From positions 1 through 12,342 of the forward strand of contig JBJHDK010000064.1 of the NCBI GenBank assembly GCA_050486505.1: 12,342 nucleotides of DNA, in the 5' to 3' direction. Below the pieces are notes generated by a model. That model made no database searches and was not told the origin of the DNA. It saw only the letters and a program-made list of their open reading frames with translations. This DNA comes from Fibrobacteria bacterium. Lineage in GTDB: Bacteria; Fibrobacterota; Fibrobacteria; UBA11236. Shown here in pieces: positions 8,217 through 12,342 of the stretch. The stretch's first letter is position 1; every line of letters starts with the position of its first letter. Position numbers and translations under genes: made by a program.

Positions 8217-9641
8217 ATGGCACGCACGCGTCAGCGCGCCCGCATCGTCGCGGAAGTGACACGCAGGATGCTGGCGGCCCCGGAGAGGACCGGAGCGCCC
8301 GCATCACCGGACGTCGAAGCCTTGGTGCGCGCCCACGCCGACGAGATCCACTCGGACTTCAACCCCCTGCTGTACGAACTCACGGCGGCTTCCCTGCCCT
8401 GGCTTCTGCACCCCCTGCTGGCGCGCGCCACTCCGGGATCGTTGCTGCGCGGCATCTTCCTGCGCCGTGAACGCATGCGGCGCCTGATTCTGACCGGGGA
8501 CGCGACCCTTCCACGCGAGCTGGCAAGACGCGGAACCCTCATCGTCGTCCCCATGCACGCGAGCCATCTCGATTCCGTGGCGGTGGGGCTCGCGCTGCGC
8601 CACCAAGGGCTCCCCCGTGTTCTCTACGGCGCGGGCCTCAATCTTTTCAGAAACCCCGTGCTCGCCTTCCTGCTTTCCAGCTTCGGCGCCTACAAGGTCG
8701 ACCGTCGCAAGAAGGACGCCCTCTACAAGGAAGCGCTTAAGCAATACGTGACCTTCTCGCTCGAGAAGGGCAAGCACAACCTGTTCTTCCCCGGAGGCAC
8801 GCGCAGCCGCGACGGCGCCGTGGAACAACGCCTCAAGCTCGGGCTGCTGGGCTGCGGCATCACCGCGTACGTTTCGGGACTGCGGAACAACCGCCCCCGA
8901 CCCGACATCTTCGTGCTCCCGGTCGCGCTCTCGCACGCGATCGTCCCCGAGGCGGAGTTTCTCACGGCCGGCTCGCCGGATGAGGAACCTCCCCCGGGCC
9001 TTGCAAACAGGCTGCGCGAGGCCCTGCGCCTCGAGTCGCGCGTGCACATGCACCTGTGCGCGCCTCTCGACGTCTTCGGGAACGCAGTGGACGGTGAAAG
9101 CCTCTCGCGCGACGCGGCCGGGAATGCAACCGATCGCCGCGCGCTGGTGTCGCGAAACGGGGAACCGGTGGCCGACCGCGAACGCGACACAGCCGCGACC
9201 CGCGCGCTGGGCGACGCGGTGGCGCGCGCGTGGCTGCGCGAGGCCCCGATCCTGTGCACGCACGTCGCCGCATACGCGCTTTCCGAGGCCCTGCGGGAAT
9301 CCGGTGTGCCAGGCGATGATGTCGCGGGGATGGCAAAACCGGTTCCGTTCGACACCGTGCTGGCGAAGTTGTCCGAGACCCTGCGTGCCCTGCGCGCGGC
9401 ACGGCGAAACGGGACGTTGCGTCTCGAAGAATTCCTCGAAACCGCGGGACCCGAAGAGGCCTTTGGCGCCGCGCACATCCTCTTCGACGGAGCGCACGGC
9501 GGCAAGGTGGTCCACATCGAAGGCGGAAAGGCCTGCACACGGCACCCGAAACTTTTGAACTTCTATGCCGCGCGCGTCCGGCAGCGCGAAGACATCGACC
9601 TGCGCCCGGCTTCTGACGGCGCGGCGGAAAGGATCGCATGA
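8217..9641 (+). CDS. Glycerol-3-phosphate/lysophospholipid acyltransferase, PlsB/GPAT-like
   Basis: It has the HxxxxD catalytic motif (HASHLD), YGAGLNLF, GAYKVDRR and FFPGGTRSRDG. Its stop overlaps the gpsA start (ATGA). Confidence 0.85.
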   Translation: MARTRQRARIVAEVTRRMLAAPERTGAPASPDVEALVRAHADEIHSDFNPLLYELTAASLPWLLHPLLARATPGSLLRGIFLRRERMRRLILTGDATLPRELARRGTLIVVPMHASHLDSVAVGLALRHQGLPRVLYGAGLNLFRNPVLAFLLSSFGAYKVDRRKKDALYKEALKQYVTFSLEKGKHNLFFPGGTRSRDGAVEQRLKLGLLGCGITAYVSGLRNNRPRPDIFVLPVALSHAIVPEAEFLTAGSPDEEPPPGLANRLREALRLESRVHMHLCAPLDVFGNAVDGESLSRDAAGNATDRRALVSRNGEPVADRERDTAATRALGDAVARAWLREAPILCTHVAAYALSEALRESGVPGDDVAGMAKPVPFDTVLAKLSETLRALRAARRNGTLRLEEFLETAGPEEAFGAAHILFDGAHGGKVVHIEGGKACTRHPKLLNFYAARVRQREDIDLRPASDGAAERIA

Positions 9642-10669
9642 GCCACCGCATCGGCATCATCGGAGGAGGCAGTTTCGGCAGCGCCCTCGCGGACATCCCC
9701 GCGCACCAAGGGATTCCCGTGCGCATGTGGTTCCGGTCCCGGGAGCGCGCGGACGCGTTCAATGCGACCCACGAGAACGCCAAGTATCTCCCGGGGATCA
9801 AGCTCAGCGAAAACATCACGGCCACGACCGGCCTTGAGGAAACCGTGCGCGACGCCACCGTTGTGCTCGTCTGCGTCCCGAGCCCCTGGTTTCGCGAAAC
9901 GGCGCGCCGGCTCGCCCCTTCGCTGCGCCCCGACCAGATGCTGATCAGCACGACCAAGGGCCTCGAAAAGGGAACCTTCAAGCGCATGACGGAGATTCTC
10001 GCGGAGGAAACCCCCTGCCGCCGCATCGGGGCGCTCAGCGGGCCGAATCTTGCCAAGGAAATCGCCGCGCACGCCATCAGCGGCACGGTGATCGCCTCCG
10101 CCGACAGCGAGCTGGTCACGACCGTGCAGGAGCTTTTTTCGTGCTCCTACTTCCGCGTGTACGGGAACCCCGATGTGCGCGGCGTCGAGCTCGGGGGCGT
10201 GCTCAAGAACGTCTATGCCATCGCCACCGGCCTCGCCGACGCGCTCAAGCTCGGCGACAACACCCGCGGCATGCTGCTGACGCGCGCCATCGCCGAGATG
10301 GGACGCTTCGCCGAGAAGTCGGGCGCCAACCCGCTCACCTTCCTCGGGCTCGCCGGCATCGGGGACCTCATCACCACCTGCACCTCTCCGCTCAGCCGCA
10401 ACTTCCGCGTCGGCCGCCTCATCGGACAAGGAAGGACGCTCGACGAGGCCCTGAAGGAGATCGGCGAGACCGCCGAGGGCGTGCACACCGTGCGCATCGT
10501 TTATGAAAAGCTGGAGGAGCTGGGCATCCGCATGCACATTCTCGAGGGGCTGCACGCCCTGCTCTTCGAGGGCAAGCCGCTCGACCAGGTGTTGCGCGAC
10601 CTCATGAACGTGCCCCAGATGGACGATGTGGAGTTCGCCCGCCGGGCGACCGGAGACTCCCCGGGATGA
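9638..10669 (+). CDS. gpsA: NAD(P)H-dependent glycerol-3-phosphate dehydrogenase
   Basis: Recognisable motifs are the Rossmann [47 protein letters not shown] (catalytic Lys), [15 protein letters not shown] and AEGV. Confidence 0.97.
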   Translation: MSHRIGIIGGGSFGSALADIPAHQGIPVRMWFRSRERADAFNATHENAKYLPGIKLSENITATTGLEETVRDATVVLVCVPSPWFRETARRLAPSLRPDQMLISTTKGLEKGTFKRMTEILAEETPCRRIGALSGPNLAKEIAAHAISGTVIASADSELVTTVQELFSCSYFRVYGNPDVRGVELGGVLKNVYAIATGLADALKLGDNTRGMLLTRAIAEMGRFAEKSGANPLTFLGLAGIGDLITTCTSPLSRNFRVGRLIGQGRTLDEALKEIGETAEGVHTVRIVYEKLEELGIRMHILEGLHALLFEGKPLDQVLRDLMNVPQMDDVEFARRATGDSPG

Positions 10670-10953
10670 GCGTGATGCGGCGCGTGGCGTTGCGCATCAC
10701 GGGAAAGGTGCAGGGGGTGTTCTATCGCCGGGACGCCGCCCGCGAGGGACAGCGCCTCGGGTTGGCAGGCTTCGTCCGCAACGAACCCGACGGCTCCGTG
10801 CACGCCGAAGCGGAGGGAGATTCCGCCGCCGTGGGCGCTTTCATTCGCTGGTGCCGCCGCGGCCCGCCGAACGCGCGGGTGGAGGGGGTTTCCGTGGAGG
10901 AACTTCCCCCAGGCAAGCCGGAAGGCCCTCCGCGGTTCCATGCGAGGTATTGA
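10666..10953 (+). CDS. acyP: Acylphosphatase
   Basis: The signatures [25 protein letters not shown] and GPPNARV are present in a 95-aa protein. Its start overlaps the gpsA stop (ATGA). Confidence 0.96.
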   Translation: MSVMRRVALRITGKVQGVFYRRDAAREGQRLGLAGFVRNEPDGSVHAEAEGDSAAVGAFIRWCRRGPPNARVEGVSVEELPPGKPEGPPRFHARY

Positions 10954-11049
10954 TCCCGCCATGATCCAGATCGTGTGACCGCTGTCACGCCTTGATGTTC
11001 GGTTTCCCGTTAGGTTTGACGAAAACCGGAAGTATCCTCTGGAGGCGGC

Positions 11050-11361
11050 GTGAAAATCCTGAATGATGTGTTTGGAAGAAGCGTCCGGCTTACAGGCGAA
11101 CGTCTTGGACATATTCTCGAACACCCTGAAATGATCGAGATGGAGCCTGAAATCGCAAAAGTCCTGCAGGAACCGAAATCCGTAAGGCGCTCACTTTCGG
11201 ACGAGTCGAGCCTTCTTTTCTACGGATGGTTCGGAAACACTCCGGTGGGCTCCAAATGGATGTGCATCGTGGTTAAATATGTGGGCATGGATGCCTTTAT
11301 CGTCACTGCTTACCTGACGGACAAGATCAAGAACGGGGAGGACGTATGGCGAGGTTTGTAA
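11050..11361 (+). CDS. Putative type II toxin, probably a RelE/BrnT-like (BECR-fold) ribonuclease
   Basis: 103 aa with a GTG start after GGAGG (11041-11045). Features are VRLTGERLGHILEHPEM, a C-terminal beta-rich CIVVKY...FIVTAY segment, and a 16-nt overlap with a downstream DUF2283-like gene. GC is lower here (27/60 in 11101-11160). Confidence 0.65.
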   Translation: MKILNDVFGRSVRLTGERLGHILEHPEMIEMEPEIAKVLQEPKSVRRSLSDESSLLFYGWFGNTPVGSKWMCIVVKYVGMDAFIVTAYLTDKIKNGEDVWRGL

Positions 11362-11555
11362 AAGTCTGGTTTGATGCCGAGGCGGATTTTCTTGAGGTTC
11401 GATTTTCCGACGCACCCGGATTCATGAAAACGACCGGACACGATGCCGTCATGGAACGCGTGGATGACCAAGGAAACGTCATCGGATTCAGCATCATGGG
11501 GGTCCAACGATTTACGAAAGAAAACCCCCTGACCGCAGAGCTCGAAGCCGCCTGA
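11346..11555 (+). CDS. DUF2283-domain protein, putative antitoxin
   Basis: 69-aa acidic protein with KVWFDAEADFLEVRF and RVDDQGNVIGFSI, matching the DUF2283 pattern YDxEADxLYIxF...DxxGxxxGIEI. GGAGG lies 5 nt upstream of the ATG. Confidence 0.8.
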   Translation: MARFVKVWFDAEADFLEVRFSDAPGFMKTTGHDAVMERVDDQGNVIGFSIMGVQRFTKENPLTAELEAA

Positions 11556-11558
11556 AGA

Positions 11559-11885
11559 TCAATCCCCGGGAGTCCTCCGCCCAAAAACCCGCCGAAGCAT
11601 CAACGGCACGCTGAAAAACATGCTGCCGATGAGCGACAACAGGATGAACCCCTTCCAGCCGGGACACTTGATGCCGGATTTGGCGATCACCCAGGCGAAG
11701 AGCAGCATGAGGAAGAACGCCTCGGCCATGAACACCAGCGCGATCGGGTTGGCCATCGCCTCTTGGACGGTCTCCGGGGCGGTGAAGAAGTACCAGAGGA
11801 AGATGCCGTTGGGAACGAGCAGGCCGAACAGCGCGAGCACAAGCAGAACGCGGGAGGCAAGCGGCGTGAGAACGGGAAAACGCAT
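11559..11885 (-). CDS. Small integral membrane protein with about 3 TM helices, possibly DUF2834-like
   Basis: 108 aa with three hydrophobic segments and a basic C-terminal tail. GAGGT lies upstream of the ATG. The family call is tentative. Confidence 0.7.
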   Translation of the reverse strand: MRFPVLTPLASRVLLVLALFGLLVPNGIFLWYFFTAPETVQEAMANPIALVFMAEAFFLMLLFAWVIAKSGIKCPGWKGFILLSLIGSMFFSVPLMLRRVFGRRTPGD

Positions 11886-11893
11886 GAACGACC

Positions 11894-12016
11894 TCAGGGG
11901 GCTGTGAGTTCAGTGCGACAGTCGTTCAGTGCAACAATAAAACCACACCTCTCCTGCCAGCGCTCCATTGCCCTATTGTTCCATTGCTCCATTGCTTTAT
12001 TGTTCCACTGCCTCAT
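11894..12016 (-). CDS. Possible 40-aa repeat-encoded peptide (MRQWNNKAMEQWNNRAMERWQ...TAP) between purK and the membrane protein gene
   Basis: The ATG overlaps the purK stop (ATGA) after a G-run. The frame is open across the whole octamer cassette, and its TGA overlaps the GAGGT ribosome-binding site of the next gene. There is no homology evidence. Confidence 0.3.
   Translation of the reverse strand: MRQWNNKAMEQWNNRAMERWQERCGFIVALNDCRTELTAP
11909..12012. repeat. Inverted pair of degenerate 8-bp tandem repeat arrays
   Basis: 11957-12012 reads ccagcgct ccattgcc ctattgtt ccattgct ccattgct ttattgtt ccactgcc (7 units, with a 24-bp superperiod). 11909-11940 reads ttcagtgc gacagtcg ttcagtgc aacaataa (4 units, opposite orientation). 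11927-11941 and 11996-12010 are reverse complements at 14/15 positions. Confidence 0.9.
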
Positions 12017-12342
12017 CCCCCCCACTTCAGCCGCGCCCGGAGCTCCAGCGCCTTGGCCTCCGCGCTCGAGGCCGAGCCCCCCAGCACCGTGAAGTGACCC
12101 ATCTTGCGACCGCGCGGCGCATGTCGCTTCCCGTAGAGATGCAGCGAGGCGTCCGGCTCGGCCAGTACTGCTTCGATTCCGTGGAGACGGTCTCCGGTTC
12201 CGTCGCCCACCAGATTCACCATGACCGCAGGGCGCAGCAGGCGCGTGGATCCGAGGGGCAACCCGCACAACGCCCGCACCTGCTGCTCGAACTGGGAACA
12301 CAGGCAGGCGTCCAACGTCGCGTGCCCCGAATTGTGGGGCCG
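12013..12342 (-). CDS. purK: N5-carboxyaminoimidazole ribonucleotide synthase, C-terminal part; 5' end outside window
   Basis: The frame is open to the window edge and reads RPHNSGHAT...SQFEQQVRALCGLPLG...AVMVNLVG...LHLYGK...RGRKMGHFT, all PurK signature motifs. Confidence 0.96.
   Translation of the reverse strand, partial: RPHNSGHATLDACLCSQFEQQVRALCGLPLGSTRLLRPAVMVNLVGDGTGDRLHGIEAVLAEPDASLHLYGKRHAPRGRKMGHFTVLGGSASSAEAKALELRARLKWGG

Noticed and set aside
11016..11038. TTGACG...TATCCT as a sigma70 -35/-10 pair
   Set aside because: The spacer is only 11 nt, incompatible with the 16-18 nt requirement. Only the -10-like hexamer is kept as a weak candidate.
8304..11124. Minus-strand ORFs of 413, 385, 330, 271 and 207 aa
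   Set aside because: They are antisense shadows of the acyltransferase, gpsA and acyP genes.
10954..12012. IS element, integron cassette or prophage remnant explaining the accessory patch
   Set aside because: No transposase, integrase, attC-like site, tRNA or convincing target-site duplication was found.

Overview
GC-rich bacterial chromosomal window with two divergent operons, followed by a small accessory patch and the 3' end of purK. The minus-strand operon encodes a TPR-containing soluble lytic transglycosylase, a DUF4159 protein, a ~1300-aa DUF4175-like membrane/coiled-coil protein and an MlaE-type ABC permease that runs off the left edge and is missing from the ORF track. The plus-strand operon encodes a HAD phosphatase, a PlsB-like glycerol-3-phosphate acyltransferase, GpsA and an acylphosphatase. 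Next come a lower-GC putative toxin/DUF2283 antitoxin pair, a small convergent membrane protein and purK. The most unusual signals are two inverted short-tandem-repeat cassettes: a 7-mer one at 5172-5277 and an 8-mer one at 11909-12012. Each begins on the first base after an upstream stop codon, has a start codon overlapping that stop, and is open in that reading frame. In the 7-mer cassette the only two deviations from perfect repeats create an ATG and remove an in-frame TAA. The two divergent operons also share a near-identical 15-16 nt motif containing a -10-like hexamer 7 nt before each ATG. All family assignments come from motif recognition by eye; no database searches were run.
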